From Paraphysomonas bandaiensis (taxonomy: Eukaryota > Protista > Chrysophyceae): a stretch of 64,000 nucleotides of DNA. Below the pieces are notes generated by a model, which was not told the DNA's origin, ran no database searches, and was given only the letters and a program-made list of their open reading frames with translations. Positions 1-11,839 of the stretch are shown piece after piece. Position 1 is the stretch's first letter, and each line of letters starts with the position of its first letter. The stretch spans positions 186,001 to 250,000 of the forward strand of contig CBFFRP010000378.1 in the NCBI GenBank assembly GCA_965644295.1, given 5' to 3'. A program made the position numbers and the translations under genes.

Positions 1-1
1 T

Positions 2-1082
2 CACATTAGTCAACATAACTTGTTATTTGAAACTGTCTTGGTTGATGAAGCTGCACAGGCCACTGAGCCGGCGACACTTATTCCCCTTCGTTACGGATGC
101 AAGCGTCTTGTCCTTGTGGGTGATGCAAGACAGCTACCAGCATTTGTGTGCTCGAGGCAGGCGGAAGTGGCCGGGTTAGGGCAATCACTCTTTGAACGAC
201 TTGAACGGTGCGGTCATGAGATTGTCATGCTAAAGGTAGGACCATGTTAATCGCCACCTCTAATGCTGCTGAATAACTTTTTATCAGGAGCAGTACCGTA
301 TGCACCCAGAAATACGCCAGTTTCCGTCAGTTCAATTTTATGGTGGAGAGCTGACGGATGCTGAATGCATTGTGGAGGACATAAACAACTCGTGGAAACA
401 CAACACAATTGATAGTAAGAGTGGCGTTGTCTGTGATGTGGTTAGACGAGGACCGTTAAATCCTGTTATGTTCTTCAATTTGGGTGGTTTGGAGGAAGCG
501 CATAGAAAGTCTTACCTAAATCGGCATGAGGCGGATTTTGTGCTTGATTTTCTTACTCGTATGAGTGATCATTTCAAAGAATTCACAATAGCAGTTATAA
601 CACCTTACAAGTCACAAGTGCGACTAATAAATGATAAAATAGCGCGTGCTGGTGTTAGACACCTGTCCGTTGAGGTGAACACTGTAGATGGGTTTCAAGG
701 CCGGGAGAAGGATATCGTTCTTTTCTCCGCTGTTAGAACTCGCCGAGTAGGCTTTCTTTCGGATTACCGTCGTTTGAACGTCGCCATCACTCGTGCAAAA
801 AAATGTCTGGTGATCGTGGGACATGAGCCCAATCTTCGGTCTGATACAATTTGGAGCAATATGATTGAAAATCTCCGAGAAAGGGGATACACTCATTGCG
901 CGTCAGACGTTGATGTATTTAGCGAGTTCGTATTTAACACAGACACCGCCACAGACGATGCTTGTGAAGATGAAGATGAGGCTATGGAAGTCACTGTTAG
1001 GGAGGAGGAAGGAGAGATCACTTCAAGTACAGACCGTCATTCAGTACAGCAGAAAAAACGGAAACGCGATGTGAATGATTAG
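2..1082 (+). CDS. Sen1/Upf1-like superfamily 1 helicase, C-terminal part (AAA_11/AAA_12); 5' end lies outside the window; intron 236-287
   Basis: Motifs VLVDEAAQ, LVGDARQLP, QSLFERL, spliced LK|EQYRMHP, ITPYKSQ, TVDGFQGREKD, RRLNVAITRAK. The 52-nt GT..AG intron joins ORFs 20..250 and 300..1082 in frame. Acidic and basic (KKRKR) C-terminal tail. Confidence 0.92.
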
Positions 1083-1599
1083 TATCAGAGTCAGACAGGT
1101 TTCTTAAATATATTAGGTGTCGTCCCAACAATATGTGCGCATTTTGTGTACTACATGGACGACACAGTAGTAGTGTACTTGCATGCCACTGTCATAAATT
1201 CAATATAGTCCTATACATGTACTAATAGTTCCTTGCTATTTATCGCCAGTATTTATTCAGTATATAGCAATTAAGAACTATTAATTGAGCACCCGTTAAG
1301 ATCAAGAATATACAGAACTACAATGTATAAGAAGAAAATAAGAGAAGACTGAACTCGTATACCTGTCTAGACCACTCATCGGGTAATAAGTATTAGGTTG
1401 AATATACATCTCCATAGGCATGTGTGATGAGGTGTGATACTTTTAATTGGAAGTCTTATTATTTATAGCAATAGGCGTTAAAAATCTGCACCAATGTAGT
1501 GGCTAGTTGAATGCAGTAGGTGTGCTACTACTTAATTGTGATACGACGACTGATATATTGCTAGCAACTATTTATAGCCATTCCTTGAAATTATAATAC

Positions 1600-3173
1600 C
1601 AGGGCCTGATAACCATTAATGGCCCATTAATGGTAGTTCAGTTCCCGGCAATTATAATGGCCATTAATACTTACTAACTTAAAGTGGATAGCACCACTCA
1701 TATAATAGATAGTGTTGTGCTCCCTTAATTGCTAATTTTTAGTTAAATAGCAGACTACAAATTTTAACTACTTCTCGCTCTCTACTGGCACATCAGGATC
1801 TTTTTGCAGGGCTTTATGGAGGGTATAAACATCCCACAACATGTAATTGGCTCGTAGGAATAGCAACGATTCTAGACGATATGGATTCATGTTTCTACGC
1901 TCAGGTGTCATAATCAACTTTGCACGACTAAAGAGCCTCTCAACAACATTAGATTATGCTTCAATATGAAGCAAGCAGCGGTAGTTGGACTCATAGGTAC
2001 CAAGTCGATCTCTCGTGGTGACCACGGCGCTGTCCAGAACACCGTGTGCAAAATCAGTTCCTTCACTCTCGTCCTCGTTATTTCTGTCGGGTAAAAACCA
2101 ACCTCCATATGGATGAATCCAGTTGCAAATGTCTAACTGCTCTTCTCTCATTGCCTGTCAACTCTCTTTCATCGTTCCCTTGAATTTTAGCCACTGCCTT
2201 CTCAAAATTTGCACTGGCAACAATGCTTGCATTCGGGGAAAGGTATAGATGCAGCTCTGGAAATTCTTGTACTAGTATATCAAATAACTGGCGGGCTTGG
2301 TACAAATTGGTTCCATCTCTTCCGAACATACTTATTTTCCACGATAGAATGGTTCGTCGTATATAACTATCCATTCCAGCCACCGAAATAAGTTCCTTGC
2401 AGCAGAAGATACTTTCCTTCTTACAAAAGACAATAAATCGCCCCCGTGAAGTATTCCACTTTCCAAAATTTTCTCGAGTTCCTCTCGCCAAGAAAATCCG
2501 CATGTTCGGTGCCCTTCTTGGCTATATTATTCACACAACTCATGTAACCTCGCTTTATCTTGTTTAAGGCGATCATTGCACAACGAATAAATATGATACA
2601 GACCACTGAGAGGATTCTCTAAAACCACTCGGAAGAAGATTACACTGCCATCAATTGTTTTGGCCATCATCGTTGCTTAATATGCTGGATGGTATAAATA
2701 CAGAGTATAATTACTTTGCTTAGCTGTGTACTGTAGCTTCTTTCAACTTTGGGGGAAAATAGTGTGCGTATGAATGTTTCTAGGTGAAATATGCATATTT
2801 TCAATGATTATATTAGAGTTTTTGGGTATATGGGTACGTTGCTATATATATTGCTCAGAAAACTATTCTCTAACTCTAGAATGCATTCAGAAGATAGTGA
2901 ACAAGGTTGCCACAGAGTGCCTGTAGAGTTGCATGAACATTGTTGTCTAATATTGTTTTGAGTTTCTTCGGAATATAGAGAAGATCCTACATTCTATATT
3001 ATGTTAAAAAACTCTCAGTTCTATATGTAGCAGTACAGGTCATTAATGGTAGTCCAGTTCCCGGCAATTGTAATGGCATTAATAAAAAATGTCCCGGCAA
3101 CTATAATGGCATTACCATTAATGGCCCACTAATGGCCATTAATGCCATTGCCATTAATGGTTACCAGGCCCTG
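1600..3173 (-). mobile_element. hAT-superfamily DNA transposon, non-autonomous/degenerate
   Basis: 24-bp TIRs cagggcctgataaccattaatggc / gccattaatggttaccaggccctg (1 mismatch). 8-bp TSD tataatac (1592-1599) / tataatat (3174-3181), 7/8 match. Clustered subterminal CCATTAATGG motifs. Broken transposase fragments on the minus strand. Confidence 0.9.
1830..2503 (-). pseudogene. hAT transposase C-terminal remnant (frameshifted)
   Basis: RQLFDILVQEFPELHLYLSPNASIVASANFEKAVAKIQG (ORF 2078..2503) and, in another frame near 1830-1915, MTPERRNMNPYRLESLLFLRANYMLWDV, which resembles the end of the hAT dimerisation domain. Confidence 0.75.
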
Positions 3174-5014
3174 TATAATATTAGATAACAATTATATATA
3201 GTTATTTATTGTAGTTACTAATAGTTATGCATTTAGTCGTGAGAGCCTGATTATTACCAAGTAGTAGTGAATGTCCGATTATTAGTAATAGGTGTGTAAG
3301 AGTCAAAACTATTTAACTAACTAGTGCTTAACTATGAATAATTAACTTAACTATATTTAACTACTACTACCCACACAACTTCTAACAGTCATGTATTTCA
3401 TCTTTACTCATTATAGTTCTTTTGTTCTATTTGAATATAAGAAATTACATTTTTTACATATATAAGTAAACATAATGCAATCGTGGGATTTTTTTTCCCA
3501 CGTTTTTAGGAGTATTTATCGTTTACCGTAGTATATCATACTGCTGCAGGTACTGTATATGTATTCGTTTGTACGAGTAGTACCCTATGCGTAGACTCTG
3601 TATGTATGTGAGGAGGATATTTGAATTCTTGTGTAAATGATATATAAAAAATGAATATTCACTTTTTTTATAGTATATTTCTTGTTGCCTTTGTCTCTTT
3701 CAGTGGTTTATATTCGTCTTTAAATTCATTTTTTATGTTTAATACTATACCGTCAGAGTGTGAATTCTTATTATATCAATTAAACTCCCTTCTCTATCTA
3801 CAAAGCAAATGACAATATGACATTAACGATTATTATCATTCTTGCTATATATTGCATTTCTAAGGTTGGCCTTTAGTTTATCAATGCAAATTCAATTTTT
3901 ATATAGTCATCACTATCTGAATAATGAATTACACTCTTCATACCCACACATCAGGGCTCGGTAACAGTGTATGGAATTGCAATAATATAATATCGAACTG
4001 AACTTAGTCGTGTTGCTCAAGATTAAGAGGAAAGAAAGACACGTAATCGACCGTACAAGGAAACTGTACCTCTCAAAGTTTATAATGAGAGGTCAACTTT
4101 CCCACCATTTCAATATAGCCATTATAATAGCCATATAGGGTGATGGACATTAAGGGCAATAAATGGCTATCGTCCTTGATGTTCTCCAACTTCTAATTCT
4201 AATATAACGTTCTTCTACTATATGAGTAAAAAATTATTACGTATATTCCATGCAACTGCAATTGTTACGCAGCCATGACATGTACTAGCCTATAGCCTAT
4301 GCTATGTGTGACTCGAATATGTAATCTCGTCATTCTTGGTATAACCCTAACACCCTAACCCTAATTTACAACTGTGTGTGTGTGCATCAGTAATATAGAA
4401 ATGTGCGAATAGTTTCGCACTCTGAAAAGTGCAAGCAAATTGAGGTAACATAACTTGCCATGTGCTCTTGTGAGGAATAACGTTCGATGGGATTCCATAT
4501 TTACCATGCTCCAAGCTCCAAAGAGTTTTGGAGTTGGCAGGAGGTCTGGGCAGGTGTAATTTTGTCAATGAGGTCAACAAACAAAGAACAAAAGCGACTA
4601 GACACTACTAAACCAACTAAGTACCGCTGCTTGAAGCCTATTTACTACACTACTAATTGCGTAGAAATGCTTTTTAGTAAGCAAAAGTCAGCATGAGTGA
4701 TCTGCGCAAATCTATGGCACATCGTCGAATAGAGGACCTTATATTTTCTTGCGCTTCAATATACTTTTGTGGAATGCAAGTACGGTTGAGATGCTATACG
4801 CGCTTGTACTGAGTAACACAGGTAATTAGACAAGTGCACGAGCTATAAGTAACAATCACTTGCAATTAATTGTTACGCAGCCTTGGCACATGCAAACTAA
4901 TACTCTAGTATTCACTTGAGCTATAGCTAATAATAAAAAACAATATTGGAAACTTGGAGTCGTTTATTACAACTATTCAAAAACCTTACATGAATAGTGC
5001 AAACGTTAACTAGA

Positions 5015-6376
5015 TTAGTACTCCTCGCCGAAGTCCTCCTCTTCACCTTCACCCTCAGCGGTTTCGGCTCCGACCTCCTCGTAATCCTTCTCCAGTGCGG
5101 CAAGATCCTCACGGGCCTCGGAGAACTCTCCCTCCTCCATACCCTCACCAACATACCAGTGGACAAAGGCACGCTTGGCGTACATGAGATCGAACTTATG
5201 GTCAATGCGAGAAAGAGCCTCAGCAATAGCCGTGGTGTTGGAAACCATGCAGACAGCGCGCTGAACGCGGGCAAGGTCGCCACCAGGGACAACAGTTGGG
5301 GGCTGATAGTTGATACCACACTTGAATCCAGTGGGGCACCAGTCCACAAACTGAACGGTTCTCTTTGTCTTGATGGTAGCAACAGAGGCATTGACATCCT
5401 TAGGGACGACATCTCCTCTGTACATGAGGCAACAAGCCATGTACTTGCCATGACGAGGGTCGCACTTTGTCATCATGTTGCTGGGCTCGAACACTGAGTT
5501 GGTGATCTCAGCAACAGACAGCTGCTCGTGGTACGCCTTCTCAGCAGAGATAATAGGAGCATAAGAGGTAAGCATAAAGTGGATACGAGGGTAGGGCACC
5601 AAGTTTGTCTGGAACTCAGAGATATCCACATTCAGTGCACCATCGAAACGAAGAGATGCAGTGAGGGAGGAAACAACCTGAGCAATGAGACGGTTGAGGT
5701 TAGTGTATGTGGGGCGCTCAATATCGAGGTTGCGGCGGCACACGTCGTACAGAGCCTCGTTATCGAGACAGAAGGTGCAGTCAGTGTGCTCAAGTAGAGA
5801 GTGGGTGGAGAGCACATGGTTGTAAGGCTCAACGACAGCAGTAGCCACCTGAGGAGCGGGAGTAACAGTGAAGGAAAGCTTCGACTTGCGGCCATAGTCC
5901 ACAGAAAGTCTCTCCAGAAGGAGAGATCCGAGGCCAGATCCCGTTCCACCGCCCGTGGCGTGAAAGATCATGAATCCCTGAAGACCGGTACAGTTGTCAG
6001 CAAGCTTGCGCACTCTGTCCAAAACGAGGTCAACAATCTCCTTGCCAATGGTGTAGTGTCCTCTGGCGTAGTTGTTTGCAGCATCCTCCTTGCCACTGAT
6101 CACCTGCTCAGGGTGGTACAGCTGCCTGTAGGTTCCAGTGCGGACCTCGTCACATACACCAGGCTCCAAGTCAACCATCACAGCCCTGGGAACGTGCTTG
6201 CCGGCACCAGTCTCAGAGAAGAAGGTGTTGAAAGAGTCATCACCACCTCCGACAGTCTTGTCGCTAGGCATCTGGCCGTCAGGCTGGATTCCGTGCTCAA
6301 GGCAGTAAAGTTCCCAGCATCCGTTACCGGCCTGAACACCAGCCTGTCCAATGTGAATAGAGAGACACTCACGCAT
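5015..6376 (-). CDS. TUA: Alpha-tubulin (intronless, 453 aa)
   Basis: [13 protein letters not shown] start (ATG at 6376), GGGTGSG tubulin signature, Lys40 in PSDKT, acidic tail ending EEY. Confidence 0.99.
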   Translation of the reverse strand: MRECLSIHIGQAGVQAGNGCWELYCLEHGIQPDGQMPSDKTVGGGDDSFNTFFSETGAGKHVPRAVMVDLEPGVCDEVRTGTYRQLYHPEQVISGKEDAANNYARGHYTIGKEIVDLVLDRVRKLADNCTGLQGFMIFHATGGGTGSGLGSLLLERLSVDYGRKSKLSFTVTPAPQVATAVVEPYNHVLSTHSLLEHTDCTFCLDNEALYDVCRRNLDIERPTYTNLNRLIAQVVSSLTASLRFDGALNVDISEFQTNLVPYPRIHFMLTSYAPIISAEKAYHEQLSVAEITNSVFEPSNMMTKCDPRHGKYMACCLMYRGDVVPKDVNASVATIKTKRTVQFVDWCPTGFKCGINYQPPTVVPGGDLARVQRAVCMVSNTTAIAEALSRIDHKFDLMYAKRAFVHWYVGEGMEEGEFSEAREDLAALEKDYEEVGAETAEGEGEEEDFGEEY

Positions 6377-7707
6377 GTTGTTATTAGTGGATTGGTTGTG
6401 GTAGAGTAAGTTTACTTGCAAACGTTTGACTTTGTCAAGGAAACAAAATTATGACAATCACAGCAGATTGCATTCAAATGCATTCAATTCATCTCAATTT
6501 TATATATAACTGCCGTATCTTAAACAGTCACAAGATCTTGAATGGGTACATGTTTTCAGTAATGAATTGTAATGATGTTTGTAGATATAGTTTATATAGT
6601 TTTCACTGGTTTTCGACTTTACAGAATCGAAAACCATGATTTTTTAAACTGTGTCAACTATTTTCCTCATTATCTACGAAAATCTAAAATTTTAATAGAT
6701 GTAATAAGATCTACAAGATACTGTGCATTGATGATGATACAGATCATAACTATCACACGAATTGCATCAAATCTCTCCCATTCCTTCCTACATAATGTCA
6801 TTATTGCAACAATGAATTGTGCTAGTTTATGGCAACACTTCGTTTGCTGTACCATTCCTTATCACGCTTATAGTTGATCTCATACACGGCTGTTGTTGGA
6901 TTGTATCGTGCTTATTGCATTAGCAGTTCAATACAGATTGTCGAATCATTCAAAACATGTTTTTCATGCAAGCAAAATAATGACTACTGATCAAACCTCA
7001 AACGCCCTGAATTATGATATCTTTCTAATGTTACAATCAGTAAAGTGGTAGAATAGACGACAGTATCACAGATGAGTGTCAGAGCATATTCTTGTTATAT
7101 TTGTGACTTTTAATTCATAACAACATGAGTGATACTAATAATCTTTCATATATCGATCTCTCATTCCTTCTGTAAAGAGCAATAACAGTGTTGACAGAGC
7201 GAAAGATCTACATGTCGATATCTCTCATCTCCTCTCTGAATTTTTGTTCCGCTTTTCTGTATTTTTGAATAGTTACCACGTCTGGGCTACAGGAGTAGAA
7301 CTCGTTTTGTATTGGTCAACAATGCGTAGCTAGCTACTATATACGAATGCACTTATCATTATAATTTGTAAGGAGTTTGAATTTAGCTCTTTGAGCCATA
7401 TATTAATTTGACGAATCGCTCATAATATATAGTAGTGAGCCTTTTCAACTATTTAGACCAGACTCAATACTAATATATCCTGACCGTACAGCTGAAACAG
7501 TGGCATTATGACTATGAGTACTCCTGTATGGAGAAGGGATACGTAATAATCGGCACCATCTACTGTCCACTGCGGGGATGCATTCAACTAACTTGCCATA
7601 CGAAAGCTTTTAGTGTTGCAGGAACAAAAGAAAAATAAATGTCGCTATTTCTCATCACGAATATGTGAGGGTTTTGAACATCCACTATTTATTTAAAATG
7701 TTCTTCG

Positions 7708-9029
7708 TTATTTCGTAATTTTACCACTCTTCAATGATGGCTCTCTCCATACACGTGGAGATGTATACTGTGCCAACTCGACGTCAAATATATCTTCCTG
7801 ATCAGAATCGCTACCACTGGCAGTTGGTAATTGACTAGCTGGGTCACATTCTCCATAAAGATCAGCAGTAAGTTCTAAAAACTCCACTGGACGCAACTCC
7901 TCAGGTCGCAAAGTGGCCCAACGAGGTGGCAACGATAGCCCATCTTGTTGAATCATCGCTAAAACCTCGTTATGTCAGATCAGCTCAATAAGAACACTAC
8001 ACATACCTTTCAAACTAGACCGAAGCATTTTACGCCGCTTTCCAAATGAGTTTATAATTACTCTAAAATTATACGATGAGCGGACACCATGCCTAATACT
8101 TAAGTCTTACTTGCGGAGATCCTCTGCTCTCACTCGATAAAGGTGTGGGTTCGGTTTCGTAAAGTCGAAAGAGACGAGGGCTGAGTCCACCTATATTCCA
8201 ATAAACGCAAGATATTAAAACAAAGAACACCCTACGCTTGGAACCGGATAAAAAGCGGACGGGGGTATTTTGAACTCAATCTTAGGCTGTGAATACAGTT
8301 GGAACACAGTACCGAGGATGCCATAGTTCTTCGCTCTGGGTTTCGATGTAACTCTCTCGGCAACCTATCCATAAGGCAGCACGCAACATACGTCATCGGA
8401 TGAAAGCAAACAAAAACATATATACCTCCAGTTGCATCGTGAATACTCCCTTGTTTATAGCCCGATGGTTATCCGCCAGAGAAAACAATATTTGACTTGA
8501 TATATAGTAAGGAAGATTGCCAATCACAGAGAGTGTCCCACCGCGCTCTACAGCATACTGTGGCCACTTAACATCCAAAACATCTTTATGAATTAAATCT
8601 AAATCAGGAATTTTATTTGATAAAAATGTAATTGCTCTTTTATCAATTTCTATAGCACCCTATTAATATAATGTTATATATTCATAGTATAGTAAGGCTA
8701 GATAATAATACCATGCGAGGATATTTCCTATATAACACTCTAGTAAGTGCACCTGATCCTGGACCTAATTCTAATACTCTTATACCCTCCTATAAATATA
8801 TAAGATATATACAGTATAGTTATATATATAAGTGTGATACCTCACTATCATCTGTGAAAGTATTCACTATATTGTTAATAATATTTTGATCAGATAAAAA
8901 ATTTTGTCCTAAACTTTGTTTTGGTTTAAATTCACCCGGTGGTAAAGTAAACGGTCTGTCAGGATCCGTTCTATATCCTCTCCATATATATTTATTAATA
9001 GATCGATTATATCGTATATGTTGTATCAT
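7708..9029 (-). CDS. rsmA: Small-subunit rRNA adenine dimethyltransferase, KsgA/RsmA family (multi-exon, probably organellar)
   Basis: Exon peptides KPKQSLGQNFL, VLELGPGSGALT, AIEIDKR, IGNLPYYISSQIL, QLE|VAERV, AFYPVP, VDSALV, FGKRRKMLRSSLK, separated by short GT-AG introns. Start codon uncertain. Confidence 0.9.
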
Positions 9030-9485
9030 ATGAAGTATATGAAGTTGAATTGTATTATCCAATAAAAACCCTGTATTTGAGTACTTCAAATAAGAAAGAC
9101 TTAAGTATAAAGTATGTGAATATAAGATGGTCTCGAAGTGAAGTGAAGTGAAGTGAATGACTATATCAGGCTATATATGTAGTAGATTAAGCATATCAAT
9201 GGAACCCTCATGAATACCACTACTTCCTATATACAGTATACACCATTGGAAAGAGACTACGGAATTATATCCTATCATTTATATATACGATGATATTATT
9301 GGTTGATTAGGGTACCTATATAACAATATGTATAGATGTGATATGAGGCAGTAGATGTGTACTATTAACAAGAGTGTGAAGGGGGTGTTAGATTATATGA
9401 GATATATACAAGCACTGGTTATAATAAGATGATATATGGAAATATGAGTAATAGAATACTATGAGTATGAATAACTACTTGAGTT

Positions 9486-11228
9486 ATGCGTAGTGTATTA
9501 GTATATATTCTACTAGTAATCACTGTATGTATATATCAGACACATGTACGAGGAGTAAGACATAACTCTACAATATCACCCTCATATTGTATTGATCCTA
9601 TTGTAGAGAAGATATTTTCTAATCGAGTGACTTCATGTCTTGAAGGGAAGTCTGTATTAGATGAATTAAATGATTTAAGGCTTTATAGTGTATCTGAGTA
9701 TCAGCGTGCACATGAACTGATTGCATATCAATACTTTCTTGAGAAATCCAATCCACATAGGAGAGATTGCTCGAATGCTCATTTTGAGTATGTGCCTTTT
9801 ATAGTGTTACCATGGAAAATTGGAGTTTCTTCTATGACTGGATGCACTGCATTCGGGAATTGTGCACAAAGCACTGTCAGAAATCGTGACTGCCGAATTG
9901 AAGCAGTTGTGAAAAGCATTATAGATTACGTTGGATATGTCAAAACGAAGCGTAGTACATCTATGCGAAACGGGAAGCCGCGCTTTGTTGTATCGTCTGT
10001 GTACAACTTGAAGACTATTTTAGGGCGTGGTATGCCTGTTCAATTTCGTCATGGAGATGCCTATAACACTGTGACCGAATTCATTGAGAACACGTTTATT
10101 GGCCATTATGAACGTATTCCTCAGTGTGCAGATTTGCTTCGTAAGCAATGGAAGAGACTTATTGAGCTACCTTATATTCCACTCCTTCCGTCCCCACCGT
10201 CGTCCAGGACCACGAGTATTGGACATGATAGTGTCACTTTTCTCTTCAGCGGTAGACTTGTGTTATGGGGGTCAGAGAGAGTGTGCTCGGTACGAGCTAC
10301 AATAGCTCAACACATGTCGCTCAGAGATGATGCAGTTGTTTTTAATATATCAGAGCCTCATACGATGGGTCGACGTATTGTAGACCCTGTCCTTGTTGCT
10401 GCCTTAAGCCGCAGTACTTTTTGTATCGTCTCTAAAGCCGACTCCTATTCCACTGCCGCTTTCTATAATGCCATTATGCATGACTGCATTCCTGTGGTTA
10501 TCAGTGACTGGTATGTGTTTAGCTTTTGGTGGCTTATTCCTTACACGGAATTTGTGATCCGTATAAAGGAAGAGGTCTTCTTATCTAATCCAGATGCTGC
10601 TCTAGACCATGTGAAAGAAACTTTTGGTCAAACGGATATCGTGAATATGAGAGCAGCTATGCAAAAATGGAAAAAGTTTTTTTCGTTTGGTATTTCTGGT
10701 GTTGGTATTGCAGCGGTAGTTCCCCCTCTCGACACCATGCTGATTGAAATGCACTATGCTCTTTTAGAGATGTCAACATCACATAAACAACCTGTGTATG
10801 GAAGTTCAGACGAACCAGATGTCATGGCCATTTCATATACTGACCGCATTCGATCAGAATATGGACACAAACTTGATGAGGTTTGTGTATACTGTCGTGA
10901 CCCAGTTGCGTGTACCCATGTAGTTCAACCACTTGTGATGCCTCAGTTCAAGGACGTCCGATCGCACATCTGTCAACACGCGCCACGCCTGATAGGCCAC
11001 TATAAAATTGTGTTTTTTATGCAATGCGTTCGAATGTTGTGGCCTTTGAAGCCAGGAAAGCTCAAACCAGTGGATATTTCAGGTTTGACAGCGGAGGATC
11101 GTGCTTTTATTTATGAATTTCACAATATTTCGAAAAGTGACAGCAGCATGTCTACTTTCGAGTTCAAAGAATGGGATGTCTATCCTCCTGTTTCCACAGA
11201 ATCGAAACACCGCATATTTACGTTGTAA
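9486..11228 (+). CDS. Exostosin-family (GT47) glycosyltransferase, secretory/type II membrane, intronless
   Basis: Hydrophobic N-terminus. TFLFSGR and SRSTFCIVSKADSYSTAAFYNAIMHDCIPVVISD correspond to the GT47 'S.FCL.P.GD....RL.DAI..GCIPVIISD' motif. Confidence 0.8.
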   Translation: MRSVLVYILLVITVCIYQTHVRGVRHNSTISPSYCIDPIVEKIFSNRVTSCLEGKSVLDELNDLRLYSVSEYQRAHELIAYQYFLEKSNPHRRDCSNAHFEYVPFIVLPWKIGVSSMTGCTAFGNCAQSTVRNRDCRIEAVVKSIIDYVGYVKTKRSTSMRNGKPRFVVSSVYNLKTILGRGMPVQFRHGDAYNTVTEFIENTFIGHYERIPQCADLLRKQWKRLIELPYIPLLPSPPSSRTTSIGHDSVTFLFSGRLVLWGSERVCSVRATIAQHMSLRDDAVVFNISEPHTMGRRIVDPVLVAALSRSTFCIVSKADSYSTAAFYNAIMHDCIPVVISDWYVFSFWWLIPYTEFVIRIKEEVFLSNPDAALDHVKETFGQTDIVNMRAAMQKWKKFFSFGISGVGIAAVVPPLDTMLIEMHYALLEMSTSHKQPVYGSSDEPDVMAISYTDRIRSEYGHKLDEVCVYCRDPVACTHVVQPLVMPQFKDVRSHICQHAPRLIGHYKIVFFMQCVRMLWPLKPGKLKPVDISGLTAEDRAFIYEFHNISKSDSSMSTFEFKEWDVYPPVSTESKHRIFTL

Positions 11229-11839
11229 CACTTTAGTACACTGTTTGTCTGTATGTTGTATATTACATGTTATTAATCGCTTTTAGCGTTCAGGGCTACG
11301 AATTCACGGCATAATCATTAAATACTAAATACATATATATAAAATATAAATATATAATATGAAGTGGGCCGCACGAACATAGGATCAATACAGTTCTAAT
11401 TAGAATGAAAAAGATATAGAATCTAGTGACGTAAAATTAATTTACAGTCTGCAATTGATCCTTTCTTCATTACTAATACTTTAGCCTAGTACTGTGAATT
11501 GTACTGCTGTTTTTTACTGTCTGTTCTACTGTAAAGTGTTGGAATACGTATGGTTCTCTAAGATAGTACTGTAGAATACGTTAAATACAATGTGAAAAAC
11601 AGTAATACGTAGTCAATAGTCAAAGGTGCTATATAGCTATAACTGTGAAACTGAAGTATTATATCATGACGATTCAAGATACGGAAGTTGAGCAGTGGTT
11701 GACATGAACGAAATAATTTATCATGTTGTTGACATGTGTTACATGACAACACACACAATTGTGTATACAATCATAATAAAGTAATCTATCTAGTTTGACT
11801 AACTTAAACTTCTCTTACAACGATCTTAATCATCTGAAA

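Noticed and set aside
3952-3970. cagggctcggtaac (and cagggctacg at 11290) resembling hAT ends
   Set aside because: No partner TIR or TSD found in the window.
4927-6409. Overlapping ORFs on both strands of alpha-tubulin, and the extension to 6421
   Set aside because: Codon-bias shadows; the true start is the MREC ATG at 6376.
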